Origin: Candidatus Staskawiczbacteria bacterium
Lineage (GTDB): Bacteria > Patescibacteriota > Minisyncoccia > Minisyncoccales > Staskawiczbacteraceae
Direction: 5' to 3'
Length of the DNA stretch: 64,000 nucleotides
Assembly (NCBI GenBank): GCA_026395295.1
Contig: JAPLYZ010000007.1
Coordinates: forward strand, 66,518 to 130,517
Below the pieces are notes generated by a model. The model did not search any database. It was not told the origin of the DNA and was given only the letters and a program-made list of their open reading frames with translations. Positions 18,989 to 29,340 of the stretch are shown here, in pieces. Numbering within the stretch: the first letter of the stretch is position 1; each line of letters starts with the position of its first letter. The position numbers were made by a program, and so were the translations under genes.

Positions 18989-20458
18989 CTATTTAGCAAT
19001 TCTGGGAAACAAGTTCTCTGCTTTTTGGGTATCAACGGCCTTTTTTATTTTTTCGGCGGTTTCGGGTAAAAATGGTTCAAGCAGAACTCCAATTTCTTCT
19101 ATGGCTAAAAATAAATCGTTTATGATTTCTAATTTTTTTGCCTGCCCTGAGCTTGTCGAAGGGGTCTCCCACAATTTTTCTTCGTTTATGTATTTATCGC
19201 AAGCGCTTATAATTTCCCAAACAGCTATAAGCGCCTCGTTGAATTTGAAACTCTCCACCGCCAACTTATATTTTTTTTGTTCTTCTTTTATCTTTTTTTG
19301 TAAATTGAAATTTGAAAATTTATTGGAAATTGGAAATTGGAAATTGGAAATTTTCGTTGCTATTCCCAGCACTCTCGCCACCAAATTGCCTATGCCGCCG
19401 GCCAGGTCTGAATTGTATCTTTGTTCAAACTTTTCATAAGTAAAATCGCCGTCTTCCGTTGGAAGAATTTCTCGCAACAAATAATATCTAACTGCGTCAA
19501 CTCCATACTTTTTGACCAACTCAAACGGGTCAACCACATTTCCCAGGCTTTTAGACATCTTCTGCCCGGCAACATTAATAAACCCGTGCACAAAAATTGT
19601 TTTTGGCAATTCCAACCCGGCTGACAAAAGCATCGCCGGCCAAAAAATAGTATGAAATTTCATTATATCTTTTCCTATGCAGTGAACATTTGCCGGCCAT
19701 AATTTTTTAAATTGATCTGTTTCTTCTTCATATCCTATGGCCGAAATATAATTCGGCAAAGCGTCCATCCAAACATATAGGTTCTGCGAGGGGTCTTCAG
19801 GCACCGGCCAACCCCAATATTTATCTTTCATCCTTGAAAAACTAACATCTTCCATGCCCTGTTTTAACATGGACAAGGTCTCATTTTTTTTACCCTCCGG
19901 AACAATTTCCAGCTCTCCACTATTAATCCTTTTTTCAATCTCCTTTGTGTATTTTGAAAGCCTGAAAAAATAGTTTTCTTCTTCAACCAGTTCCAATTTT
20001 TTTAAATGTATCGGGCATTTTCCGTCTATTATTTCCCGATCCGTTTTGAAGGCTTCGCATCCCGGACAATAAAAGCCTTTGTACTTTTTCTTGTAAATAT
20101 CTCCACTTTTTTCTAATTTTTTCCAAAGCTTCTCCACTGCCGGCTTATGCCTGACTTCATCGGTTGTTCTGATAAAATCGTCGTTTGAGACGTTCAAAAC
20201 TTTAACAATATCCTTAAACTTTCCGGACATTTCGTCAGCAAAATCTTTGACATCTCGACCGGCTTCTCTTGCCACTCTCAATGTTTTAATCCCATGCTCA
20301 TCAGTGCCGGTTAAGAAAAAAACATCTTCTCCTAAACCTCTGTGATATCTGGCTAAAACATCTGCCTGAACCGCTTCCAACGCAAAACCAATGTGCGGAG
20401 GCGCATTTGTATATGGTATACTGGTAGTAACGTAGAACTTTTTGCTTTTATTTGTCAT
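18989..20458 (-). CDS. metG: Methionine--tRNA ligase
   Basis: YTNAPPHIG, GTDEHG, YVWMDAL, GKDI, KMSKS. Confidence 0.96.
   Translation of the reverse strand: MTNKSKKFYVTTSIPYTNAPPHIGFALEAVQADVLARYHRGLGEDVFFLTGTDEHGIKTLRVAREAGRDVKDFADEMSGKFKDIVKVLNVSNDDFIRTTDEVRHKPAVEKLWKKLEKSGDIYKKKYKGFYCPGCEAFKTDREIIDGKCPIHLKKLELVEEENYFFRLSKYTKEIEKRINSGELEIVPEGKKNETLSMLKQGMEDVSFSRMKDKYWGWPVPEDPSQNLYVWMDALPNYISAIGYEEETDQFKKLWPANVHCIGKDIMKFHTIFWPAMLLSAGLELPKTIFVHGFINVAGQKMSKSLGNVVDPFELVKKYGVDAVRYYLLREILPTEDGDFTYEKFEQRYNSDLAGGIGNLVARVLGIATKISNFQFPISNKFSNFNLQKKIKEEQKKYKLAVESFKFNEALIAVWEIISACDKYINEEKLWETPSTSSGQAKKLEIINDLFLAIEEIGVLLEPFLPETAEKIKKAVDTQKAENLFPRIAK
19141..19163 (-). repeat. Family-1 palindromic element in frame in metG
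   Basis: cccttcgacaagctcagggcagg encodes PSTSSGQA. Confidence 0.88.
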
Positions 20459-20483
20459 AATGTATTAATTATAACATTTTTTT

Positions 20484-20933
20484 ATGATTTTGCTCGTACA
20501 CCTGCTATTTGGTGCCGCAATTGGGTCTGCAATAAAAAACATTCCGCTGGCGATTATCTTGGCTTTTTTAAGCCATTACTTTTTGGATCTTTTCCCCCAT
20601 ATTGAGTATCCTATTGAAAATCTCAGAAAAAAGCAATGGGATAGGGTGGCAACCGAGGTTTTAAGCATATTCCTAGATTTTTGCTTAGGAATTTTAATTA
20701 TTATTTTTCTTGCCAAAAATCAGCTCTTTGTTTATGTCTGCGCCCTTTTAGCAATAATTCCAGACGGGTTAACGGTTTTAAGTTATCTTTTCCCAAACAA
20801 AGTCTTCACGCTACACGATATTTTCCATAGGCAAAAAATTCATTTTTTAAAAGATAAAAAAATCTCCAATTTTTGGAGAATCACAAGCCAAATTTTAGCG
20901 GCTATTATTTCTATCGCGATATTAATTTCCTAG
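20484..20933 (+). CDS. Membrane protein, metal-dependent hydrolase-like
   Basis: HLLFG, SHYFLDLFPH, PD and H..H motifs, 4 TM. Confidence 0.7.
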   Translation: MILLVHLLFGAAIGSAIKNIPLAIILAFLSHYFLDLFPHIEYPIENLRKKQWDRVATEVLSIFLDFCLGILIIIFLAKNQLFVYVCALLAIIPDGLTVLSYLFPNKVFTLHDIFHRQKIHFLKDKKISNFWRITSQILAAIISIAILIS

Positions 20934-21964
20934 TCAGATTCAAAATTGCCCTCTCTTCTTTTTTCTAAGAACTCTTTCACAAACTCAAAAATAATTCCAA
21001 AAACAGGAACCGCAAAAATCGTTCCTAAAAATCCAAACAATTTGGCTCCTACAAGTAAAGATATTAAAACCAAAACTGGCGGCACGTCTACCAGTTTTTT
21101 CATTAAAAGCGGAGTTAAAATTTTATTGTCAATTTCCTGTATTATAAACACTGCTATTAAAATATACAGCACTGTAAGCCATGAGCCAGATGAAACGGCT
21201 ATGAATACAATTAACAACACAGTGGTTATCCATGGTCCTATATATGGCACAAAATTTAAGACTCCGGAAATCAAAGCCAAAATAAAAGCGTATTTTACCC
21301 CGAAAATAAAGAATACGACAAACGAGGCCACTCCCACAAAAAGACAGGAAAGAATTCTTGCGCCAAACCACCCGGAAACTTTGTTTTGAGCTCTTTGGAA
21401 AAGCGTTACAATATTTTCTTCAAATCTTTTTGGGAATACAAGCGTCAAAAATTTCTCAAAGGCCTTGTCTTCCAAAGAAAGAAAAAAGGCAGCTGTTAAA
21501 ATAAAGGCAGTGGAATACAATCCCCCAAAAAACGTTGCCACAGCGCTCATAACTCCCTTAGAGCTCTGGGCAAGACCTCCCACTAAAAGTTTAGTAAAAT
21601 CGTCAAAGGCTTTTGCTGTGTCAATTCCGGTTTGCTGTAAAATTGGGCTGATCTGCTCGAAGTAATCTGGCAAATGCTGGGATAGTTGCTTAAGTTCTGC
21701 GATGAAGAGCGGAGCTGTCAGATAAATTAAAATCCCTAAAATGCCAAAGATTGAAAGATAGACAAACACAACTGCCAAAATTTTCGGCACCCAGAACTTT
21801 TGCAAAAAATCAATCGCCGGCGCCAGCAAAACAGATATTGCCAAGGCAAAAAAGAACCAAAGGGCAATTTCCTTGGTCAAATAAATAAAGTAAAAAACAA
21901 AAATCGCTAAAAATATCTTAGCTATTGTCTGCCATGAAACGTCTAAAACCTGTTCTTTTTCCAT
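20930..21964 (-). CDS. AI-2E family transporter
   Basis: Multi-TM; NFVPYIGP, GFLGTIFAVP. Confidence 0.9.
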   Translation of the reverse strand: MEKEQVLDVSWQTIAKIFLAIFVFYFIYLTKEIALWFFFALAISVLLAPAIDFLQKFWVPKILAVVFVYLSIFGILGILIYLTAPLFIAELKQLSQHLPDYFEQISPILQQTGIDTAKAFDDFTKLLVGGLAQSSKGVMSAVATFFGGLYSTAFILTAAFFLSLEDKAFEKFLTLVFPKRFEENIVTLFQRAQNKVSGWFGARILSCLFVGVASFVVFFIFGVKYAFILALISGVLNFVPYIGPWITTVLLIVFIAVSSGSWLTVLYILIAVFIIQEIDNKILTPLLMKKLVDVPPVLVLISLLVGAKLFGFLGTIFAVPVFGIIFEFVKEFLEKRREGNFESD

Positions 21965-21966
21965 TT

Positions 21967-23244
21967 TTATAGTTTTAATAACTGCTCCAGCTTGGAAGAA
22001 TCTTTTTCTTCCACCGGGCCAACGACAGCTAAATTGAGTTTCTCTGGAACAAAAATATCTTCTGCTACTTTCTTTATATCATTTATAGAAACCTCGTCAA
22101 TCTTCTTAAATTTTTCTTCGGGCGTTAAGATATTTTTTTCCAGTAGTTCTTGAGCTCCATAAAAAGACGCTTGATGGTCTGACGAATCCAAGGACAAAGA
22201 TGTAGTTCCTTTCAGATAATCCTTTGCTTTCTGCAATTCTTTTTCTGTAATTTTTTTGTCTCTCAAGTCTCTGTACTCCTGCAAAATCAATCCCATGGCC
22301 TTCTCCAAGTTTTTATGGTCAATGCCAGCCTGAGTAACCAAATATCCCGTGTCGGTTGAGGTGTCGGTTGAGGTGTGTATTGAATATGCTAATCCATTCC
22401 TCTCCCTTACTTTTATAAAAAGACGAGAGCTCATGTTTCCTCCCAAAATAATAGAAAGCAAAGCTAGAGCGTATCTCTTCTCATCAAATAAATTGTAAGC
22501 CCGAACTCCCAAACAAAAATGCGTCTGGTCTGTTTTTTTGTAGTGCAATAAAACTTTTGGCTCTTTCTGAATTTCTTCCGCTTTATTTTTTCCGGTTGTC
22601 TTGGCTTTTTGTGCTTTCCCAAAATAACTTTTAATCTTTTCTTCCGCTTCCTTTGACTTAACTCCTCCTGCAACACAAATTATTACGTTTGACGGAGAAT
22701 AATGAGATTTGTAATAATCCAAAACCTTTTTTCTGTTGAAGCTCAATATATTTTCTTTTTCTCCTATCACCATCCATCCTGCAGGCTGGTCGTCATACAA
22801 AAGCTTTTCCCAAAGGTCGCCAACATAAGCTGTCGGGGTGTCTAAATACATATTCATCTCCTCAATTATCACTCCTTTTTCTCTTTCCATTTCCTTTTCG
22901 TCAAACTTGGAATTCAAAAATATATCAGAAATCCAGTCTAATGCAACGCCAAAATGCTTCTTATCAACTTTCGCCCAAAAACCAGTGACTTCTTTAGAAG
23001 TAAAAGCATTATACTCTCCGCCAACTGAATCTAGGGTCTCGGAAATTTTTAAAGTGTTTGGTCGTTTTTCTGTTCCTTTAAAAAACATATGCTCTAAAAA
23101 ATGAGAGATGCCGTTTATGTCTTTTGTTTCGTATTTAGATCCGGTCCCAACCAATATCAAAACCGTGACAGAGTTAGCATTTTCCATCGGAATTGTAATC
23201 ACCCTTAACCCGTTATTTAATATTGTCTTATTATATGAGTTCAT
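21967..23244 (-). CDS. M16 (pitrilysin) family peptidase
   Basis: HFLEH, NAFTS, SSRLF..RE..GLAY. Confidence 0.93.
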   Translation of the reverse strand: MNSYNKTILNNGLRVITIPMENANSVTVLILVGTGSKYETKDINGISHFLEHMFFKGTEKRPNTLKISETLDSVGGEYNAFTSKEVTGFWAKVDKKHFGVALDWISDIFLNSKFDEKEMEREKGVIIEEMNMYLDTPTAYVGDLWEKLLYDDQPAGWMVIGEKENILSFNRKKVLDYYKSHYSPSNVIICVAGGVKSKEAEEKIKSYFGKAQKAKTTGKNKAEEIQKEPKVLLHYKKTDQTHFCLGVRAYNLFDEKRYALALLSIILGGNMSSRLFIKVRERNGLAYSIHTSTDTSTDTGYLVTQAGIDHKNLEKAMGLILQEYRDLRDKKITEKELQKAKDYLKGTTSLSLDSSDHQASFYGAQELLEKNILTPEEKFKKIDEVSINDIKKVAEDIFVPEKLNLAVVGPVEEKDSSKLEQLLKL

Positions 23245-23914
23245 TTTTATAAAATGGAAGCATTAATCTTATTTTTAATATCTCAAACATCATTTTTAAT
23301 CTCAAAACAAACCCCCTGAAAAATCCCCACTTCTCTTCCTTTGTTACCACTTTTAAATTATCCAAAACAACATATTTAACCGTCGAGCCCTTAATTCTGC
23401 AATAGTAGTTAAGACTTGGCTCAACCGCAAACCCTTGTAAAAATTTATCGGGAATCTTTTCAAACAGTCCTCTTTTTATTGCCCTTTCTCCTCCAATGGC
23501 CATTAAAGGGTCGAGAGTGGCAATTAATCTTGGCAGACCCAATAAACGATCTCTTATCCCAACGCACATACCTACATCTTCCTCAAGCATCGGCTTTACC
23601 AGTTTGGAAATATGCTTTTGAGACAAACCAACCAAATCAGCATCAAAAAAAACAATAATTTCAGCGTCAGTTTTTTCCAGCCCAGCCTTCATCGCGTTGC
23701 CTTTGCCACTTCCGCCTATCTTCGGCAATTTCACAACTTCTGCCCCTAATTTTTTACCAATTTCCGCAGTTCTGTCGGTTGAGCCATCGTCCACCAAAAT
23801 AACCCTATCTAAAACTTTCGAATTTAGAAGAACTTTCAAAACTTTTCCGACATTAGCCTCTTCATCTAACGCCGGCACAATGGCCGCAATCTTTTTTTTA
23901 TTTGATTTTACCAT
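23231..23914 (-). CDS. Glycosyltransferase family 2
   Basis: VPALDEE, VDDGSTD, GKG, DAD. Confidence 0.9.
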   Translation of the reverse strand: MVKSNKKKIAAIVPALDEEANVGKVLKVLLNSKVLDRVILVDDGSTDRTAEIGKKLGAEVVKLPKIGGSGKGNAMKAGLEKTDAEIIVFFDADLVGLSQKHISKLVKPMLEEDVGMCVGIRDRLLGLPRLIATLDPLMAIGGERAIKRGLFEKIPDKFLQGFAVEPSLNYYCRIKGSTVKYVVLDNLKVVTKEEKWGFFRGFVLRLKMMFEILKIRLMLPFYKNELI

Positions 23915-25220
23915 CTAAAAATGCTGGCAAGTCTTTTATTTTTATTCTTTCCTGTTTCATGGTGTCTCTGTCTCTGACTGTTACGTCGTCATTCTTCAAA
24001 GTATCGAAGTCAATTGTTATACAAAAAGGAGTTCCAATTTCGTCTTGGCTGTAATAACGCTTGCCAATGTTCCCCCTGTCGTCAAAAGCAACTACAAAAT
24101 TTTTCTTCAAATCATGAAATACTTCTTTAGCTTTTTCTACCAACTCAGGCTTGTTTTTCAAAAGAGGAAAAACCGCAACCTTATACGGCGCCAATTTCGG
24201 TTTTAATTTCAAAACAACTCTTTCGCCATCCTCCGCATACGCATCGCAAAGCACAGCTAAAACCGACCTATCAACCCCGAAAGTCGGTTCAACAACATGA
24301 GGATACATTTTTTCTCCTGACTCAACGTCTTCATATGGCGGCTCTTTGAAATGATTTTTCAAATCAAAATCTGTGCGGTAAGCTAAGCCATATAATTCCG
24401 ACCTGCCGAAAGGATAATCATATTCTATGTCAATTGTTCTTTTGGAATAATGCGCCCGGTTTTCAGGAAGACACTCGCAATCATGAAGATTTTTCTTTTC
24501 AATGCCCAGTTCGTCGGTCGTCCAAGCCCACATTTCTTTCTGCCATGTTTCAAAAACTTTTTCCCAATCTTCAGCCTTAATAAAATATTCAATCTCCATT
24601 TGTTCAAATTCTCTTGTACGAAAAATGAAATTGCCGGGAGTTACTTCGTTTCTAAAAGCCTTGCCTATTTGCGCAATCCCAAAAGGAATTTTTCTTCTGG
24701 TTGTATCCAACACATTTTTAAAATCAACAAACATCGCCTGAGCTGTTTCCGGGCGAAAGTACACGGTGCTTGCGCTGTCTTCGGTCACACCCAAAAAGGT
24801 CTTCAACATTAAATTAAATTGTCTCGGTTCGCTCAGTTTTCCTTGGCAATCAGGACATTTAATGCTTTTATTAAATTTTTTCGTTTTTTCATAGTCAGGG
24901 TCAATGTGGTCAGCTCTAAATCTTCTTTTGCATTTTTCGCATTCAACCAGCGGGTCGGAAAACTCTTTAAGATGCCCCGAAGCTTCCCAAACTTTTGGGT
25001 TCATAATCAAGGCCGCGTCAATTCCCACCATGTCGTCTCGCTGATGGACAAAACGCTCCCACCAAAGATTTTTTATGTTATTTTTCAGTTCAACTCCCAA
25101 TGGGCCATAGTCAAACGAATTAGCCAATCCGCCATAAATTTCCGACCCGGGGAAAATAAAGCCCCGTCTTTTGCACAAAGACACAATTTTTTCTATTTTT
25201 TCCAAACTATTTTCTTTCAT
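23898..25220 (-). CDS. glyQS: Glycine--tRNA ligase (homodimeric type)
   Basis: RPETAQ, GKAFRNE, FRTREFEQMEIE, VVEPTFGVDR, DEIGTP. Confidence 0.96.
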   Translation of the reverse strand: MKENSLEKIEKIVSLCKRRGFIFPGSEIYGGLANSFDYGPLGVELKNNIKNLWWERFVHQRDDMVGIDAALIMNPKVWEASGHLKEFSDPLVECEKCKRRFRADHIDPDYEKTKKFNKSIKCPDCQGKLSEPRQFNLMLKTFLGVTEDSASTVYFRPETAQAMFVDFKNVLDTTRRKIPFGIAQIGKAFRNEVTPGNFIFRTREFEQMEIEYFIKAEDWEKVFETWQKEMWAWTTDELGIEKKNLHDCECLPENRAHYSKRTIDIEYDYPFGRSELYGLAYRTDFDLKNHFKEPPYEDVESGEKMYPHVVEPTFGVDRSVLAVLCDAYAEDGERVVLKLKPKLAPYKVAVFPLLKNKPELVEKAKEVFHDLKKNFVVAFDDRGNIGKRYYSQDEIGTPFCITIDFDTLKNDDVTVRDRDTMKQERIKIKDLPAFLDGKIK

Positions 25221-25323
25221 GGTATCTATTTTTTTAATTTAGTTTATCTTACCTCTTAAATCGCCGAAATTCAACCTTTCACCCTCTTCAAAACAAAAAG
25301 CGAGCCGAATGATAAAATTGTCT

Positions 25324-25389
25324 CGCCTTAGTCTAAAAGCCAGATACGTTTAATTCTGCGGTCGCAGAATTAAACGTATTTGATGTTTT
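25324..25389 (+). repeat. 66-bp direct repeat DR-L containing P1 copy 3
   Basis: 57/66 identical (hand count) to 28859-28924; P1 at 25344-25379 has perfect 17-bp arms. Confidence 0.88.
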
Positions 25390-25405
25390 TACTATTTTTT
25401 TTATT

Positions 25406-26854
25406 TTATGGTAAAGTTAGAAAGTTTTTGAATTGCCAGGGGTCTGGGTCGGGCGTGCTTGCCGGGTTTTCCGGAAAGAAAACCGTCCTGCTTTTCAGAG
25501 GGGTCCAATCGCTTGCTTTGGAAATTAAATTTCCCAAATATGGTTTGGCTACTTTTAAAACATAATCGTGTGGCAAGTCTTCGGGCGAGCAAAGTCCTTT
25601 TTTAGGATTATCAATCATCCATTCTATGGCCCCCAAAAGTCCGGCGGCAACCTGCAAAGTTGTGGCATTCTTACCCTTAATTATTTTTCTTGTTTGCTCA
25701 ATGCTTAAAGAAGTTCCTGTCCACCAAGAATTGTAATCGTGCCCCATTAAAAATGCCCCCAAAATGTCTTTGCCCGAAGTTATGTCATCTGTCATTGTTC
25801 TTAATTTCGGTTGCATTATATATCGCCGGGCTTTTAATTCCACCAAAGACGAAAGAGCTTCGTGACAAGGCATATAAACATAATGAACAGTTGGTCTGTA
25901 AATGGCTTTTCCGCTTTGATCTCGCACAGTAAGCCTGTCCGAAATTCCAAAAGCTTCGCCGTGCCTGACAATCATTCCTTCTATTTCGCCAACCTCCGGA
26001 ACCCAAGACCTTGCCCAAGTATTTATTCCCATTCTGGCTAAAAAAATCTGGTTGTCGGGACCAATAACAGGTTTCTCGGCCAGCAGGGGCAATTCTTTTT
26101 CGTGCGTACCCCAGCCCATTTCCGAGGGAGCTGTTCCTTCTTCGTGAAACCCCGGGATAGACCAAGTGTTCACAAACTCATTTACCTGCTTTGGTTTGTT
26201 TGTAATTTGAGTATCTCTCTCCGAGCAATGAATAACCTTCACCCCAAGTTTTTGCGCCAGCCTCGGAAAATCTTTTTTATTTTTATATTCAAGCAATTCT
26301 TCTAAGTCTTTGCCTAGAATCTTTTTATCTTTGACCAGCTTGTCGGCAATATCCAGCAATCCCTTTTTCACAAAGTGCGATATTAACCCCGGGTTTGCGC
26401 CGTGGTCAATAACTGCTGTGGCTGAATCTTTCGGCCAAGTTTTTATCATTTCCCTCAAGCTCATCTGACGGGAATGCAAAGTTTTGCTGTAAACAGTCGG
26501 CAAATTGTTGGTGTCCCATAATTCCACGGAAGTATTTATGTATAAATTGTTGTGGTCATGGCACCATTTTATAATGTCATCTGCTCCTATGTTCCAGGCA
26601 AGGTCTATGACAAATCCGTTATCGCCGGCGTACTTTGTCATCACAGCATTTAAATTCTCTGGAGTAATCCTTTTTCTGTAATACTTCAAGCCCTTTTTTG
26701 TAAAAGGTTTCAATTGCTCCAATTTATTTTCAAAATCAATTATGGTTATATTTTTCAATGGAACATCCACGTGTTTTAAAAATAGAGGAAGCGTGCACTG
26801 TGCGACTGCGCCATAACCTAAAATTGTAATTTTTCCGTTAAATTTTTTGGACAT
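25406..26854 (-). CDS. hss: Homospermidine synthase
   Basis: GYGAV Rossmann motif, HGANPGLISH, HCSERDTQ, NTWS..GF..E, SEMGWGTHE, NATTLQV. Confidence 0.92.
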   Translation of the reverse strand: MSKKFNGKITILGYGAVAQCTLPLFLKHVDVPLKNITIIDFENKLEQLKPFTKKGLKYYRKRITPENLNAVMTKYAGDNGFVIDLAWNIGADDIIKWCHDHNNLYINTSVELWDTNNLPTVYSKTLHSRQMSLREMIKTWPKDSATAVIDHGANPGLISHFVKKGLLDIADKLVKDKKILGKDLEELLEYKNKKDFPRLAQKLGVKVIHCSERDTQITNKPKQVNEFVNTWSIPGFHEEGTAPSEMGWGTHEKELPLLAEKPVIGPDNQIFLARMGINTWARSWVPEVGEIEGMIVRHGEAFGISDRLTVRDQSGKAIYRPTVHYVYMPCHEALSSLVELKARRYIMQPKLRTMTDDITSGKDILGAFLMGHDYNSWWTGTSLSIEQTRKIIKGKNATTLQVAAGLLGAIEWMIDNPKKGLCSPEDLPHDYVLKVAKPYLGNLISKASDWTPLKSRTVFFPENPASTPDPDPWQFKNFLTLP

Positions 26855-26855
26855 T

Positions 26856-28046
26856 TTATTCGTTTATGTGAATAATTTTTGCAGGAGGAAAACCATTAAA
26901 ATTTGTTGCTGACGCATTCGAATATGCGCCGATGTTCTCCTGATAAATCAAATCTCCGTCTTCTAATTTTGGCAAAAAAGCATCTTTTGAATTGTGTATG
27001 TAAGAATTTTCCGAAAGTTCGTCTAAGCCATCGCAGGTCTGGCCAAAAACTTTGCACTTGATTTTTTCACCTTTTTTGAATGTTTCTAGGTTTGGTTCAA
27101 AATGGTCATATATAATAGCTGAAAAAGTATGATAAACTCCATCATCAATATGATAACAAGGCATCTCGGTTGAATGTTTCGCAAGAACAACTTTTGAAAT
27201 TGCTGTTCCGGCATTAGCCACCAAAAACCTGCCGGGCTCGGCAATTATGGCTGTATTTTCTCTTGGGAATAATTTATCGAGTTCTCTGTTTATCATTTCA
27301 GTCAATTTTCCAAAACAATTTTCATTTCCATTATACTGCGCGGGGAATCCTCCTCCTATATCCACGATTTTTATGGCGTGGTCAGAAGTTCTTTTTTCCC
27401 CAATTTCGAGTCCTCTTTTTTCCGCTTCCGCAAAAACTTCCGCCACAGACCTTAGCGCTTTTATAAAATTATCCGGATTATTGCATTGACTTCCGGCATG
27501 AAAACTTATGCCCTCAACCTCCAACCCTTCTTTGATTGTCTCCCCTATCAAATCCACCGCCAATTTTGGGTCAATACCAAATTTATTGGAAAATTTTACA
27601 ACAGAACCTTCGTCGCAAACCTTCAAACGCAATAATAATCCCGCATCGGGGCAGTGCTTTTTTATTTTTCTCATTTCTTCAACGCTGTCGTAAGTTAAGA
27701 GCGGTTTGTATAAATTCAAAACATGCAAAGAGTCGGGCTTCTTTACCGGATTAGCATAAATAATCTTATTCCAAATAAAATCTTGCAAGGCTTCCGGCTC
27801 GAGATACTTTACCATATTAAAAACAAGATTGAATTCAGGAAGCGATGCCACGTCAAAGCTGGCTCCCATGTCATACAAAGTTTTTATTATCTTCGGCTCT
27901 GAATTTGCCTTAACGGCAAAATAAACCTGCACCCGAGGAAGTTTTTTTCTAAACTCTGAATAATTTTTTCTTATTTTATCGTGGTCAATAACCAGCAACG
28001 GAGTCTCGTGCTCGTTAACTAAACTTTCAATTTTTTTTCTGTCCAT
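26856..28046 (-). CDS. Fold-type III PLP ornithine/lysine decarboxylase
   Basis: FAVKAN, FDVAS, KFG, FHAGSQ, DIGGGF, EPGR, GQTCDGLD, GAY. Confidence 0.9.
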   Translation of the reverse strand: MDRKKIESLVNEHETPLLVIDHDKIRKNYSEFRKKLPRVQVYFAVKANSEPKIIKTLYDMGASFDVASLPEFNLVFNMVKYLEPEALQDFIWNKIIYANPVKKPDSLHVLNLYKPLLTYDSVEEMRKIKKHCPDAGLLLRLKVCDEGSVVKFSNKFGIDPKLAVDLIGETIKEGLEVEGISFHAGSQCNNPDNFIKALRSVAEVFAEAEKRGLEIGEKRTSDHAIKIVDIGGGFPAQYNGNENCFGKLTEMINRELDKLFPRENTAIIAEPGRFLVANAGTAISKVVLAKHSTEMPCYHIDDGVYHTFSAIIYDHFEPNLETFKKGEKIKCKVFGQTCDGLDELSENSYIHNSKDAFLPKLEDGDLIYQENIGAYSNASATNFNGFPPAKIIHINE

Positions 28047-28164
28047 TAATTTTTAATTTTAAATTTCTAAATTATTTTATTCTACTCTTTCCAAAATTAA
28101 ATTTCAATATCATTTTTATCCGTATAAAAAAATTCCCAATGTTCGGCAAAGCGTTCACTGGGAC

Positions 28165-28743
28165 TTAAGTCTTTCTTTTTTTAGAAGCTATTTCCAACAA
28201 TTTCTGCTTAGCATGCTCGTATTCCCCGTCAAGAATGGCTTTTATCTCCGGCTCAATTTTATCCCAATCTCTCGCCAGTTTTTCGGCAAGTGTTTGGTAC
28301 ACCGCCACCTCTAAAATTCCCCGGTCTTCCACCTGGACCCGCCACAGCTCCTCCAAATTTCCGAAATGTTCTATTGCGTCCGCCGCCGCTACACATTTCG
28401 CTTCAATTGTTTGAAATGCAATCCTTTGGCTTCCACGATGAGAATAAACGGCGCTTATTATTGGTCCTATCAACGGCAAGGGACATCCGCACTTAAGCAG
28501 AATCGGCCCAGCTTCTTGCGCTCCGGTAATATGATGGTTTTCCTTTCCATATTTCGCCGCTCCCACGTCGTGAAGAAGACCTCCTGCTTCAGCGACGAAC
28601 TTATCTCCCTGCATTTTTCCCGCAAAGTCTTTTGCATATTGCGCGACCCGTTGAGCGTGCCGCCAAATAAAAAGTTTGTAGTGAGGGCTGGACAGGTAAA
28701 TCGGTTTTACTTCCCTTCTTATTCTTCTGATGACGCATTCCAT
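28165..28743 (-). CDS. HD-domain protein
   Basis: H..RV, LLHDVG, HH, SH, AADA; SD AAGGAG, own TTGACA/TAATAT promoter. Confidence 0.85.
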   Translation of the reverse strand: MECVIRRIRREVKPIYLSSPHYKLFIWRHAQRVAQYAKDFAGKMQGDKFVAEAGGLLHDVGAAKYGKENHHITGAQEAGPILLKCGCPLPLIGPIISAVYSHRGSQRIAFQTIEAKCVAAADAIEHFGNLEELWRVQVEDRGILEVAVYQTLAEKLARDWDKIEPEIKAILDGEYEHAKQKLLEIASKKRKT

Positions 28744-28858
28744 AGTCAGCTCCTTTCTGTAAATTATTTTTTAATGTGCATTGAATTTATATTACATCGT
28801 TAAAACAATTTGTCAACAAACCGCACCCAAAAAATCGGCTCAAATGATGGAAATAATA

Positions 28859-28924
28859 CGCCTTAGTCTCAGAGTCAAATACGTTTTATTCTGCGGTCGC
28901 AGAATTCAGCGTATCTGATATTTT
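28859..28924 (+). repeat. 66-bp direct repeat DR-R containing P1 copy 4
   Basis: cgccttagtct..atacgttttattctgcggtcgcagaattcagcgtatctgatatttt. Confidence 0.88.
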
Positions 28925-28989
28925 CAATTGTTAATTGATTTATTTTGCTTTCTTAAAAATCAAATTTCCATTTATTGCTTTCGATCATA

Positions 28990-29340
28990 TAAAAAAATGC
29001 GCACGTCCTTTTGGTCGTGCGCTTTGTGCCAACTTGGAATGTTTCATCCTTCGCGAGACAGTCGGCGTGCCTATGGTCAGAAGACCATCCGTTGTTTCCC
29101 ATAAAAGCGTGAGCTCATACGGGTGATAAAATCCCTGTTCTCGGGGGTACAGCGGCGATTCCCTAAAAAGCAAAACCACTTTGTTCCTTGCGCATCTGTC
29201 CCTACCTAGTATGGAGGTATCAGCGCAAAATTCTGCTTTTCTGAAGAACAGCACCCACATGGCAGCACGGGTTTTCCCTTTTTATACCCGAAGGGTTCCC
29301 CGTGTGTGGGCTTTGAGCATACCAGGATTTTAGCGGGCGA
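28990..29340 (-). ncRNA. Candidate ~350-nt structured ncRNA
   Basis: Several nested helices with G-U pairs on the minus strand, terminator hairpin plus T7, upstream TTGACA boxes. Confidence 0.55.

Noticed and set aside
22351-22376. 12-bp tandem duplication in the M16 peptidase (TSTDTSTDT)
   Set aside because: Single in-frame, two-copy event with no related copies; probably incidental.
28985-29260. 91-aa ORF
   Set aside because: No recognisable motif or SD, runs through a terminator, and lies in heavily paired sequence; treated as probable ncRNA, though coding is not excluded.
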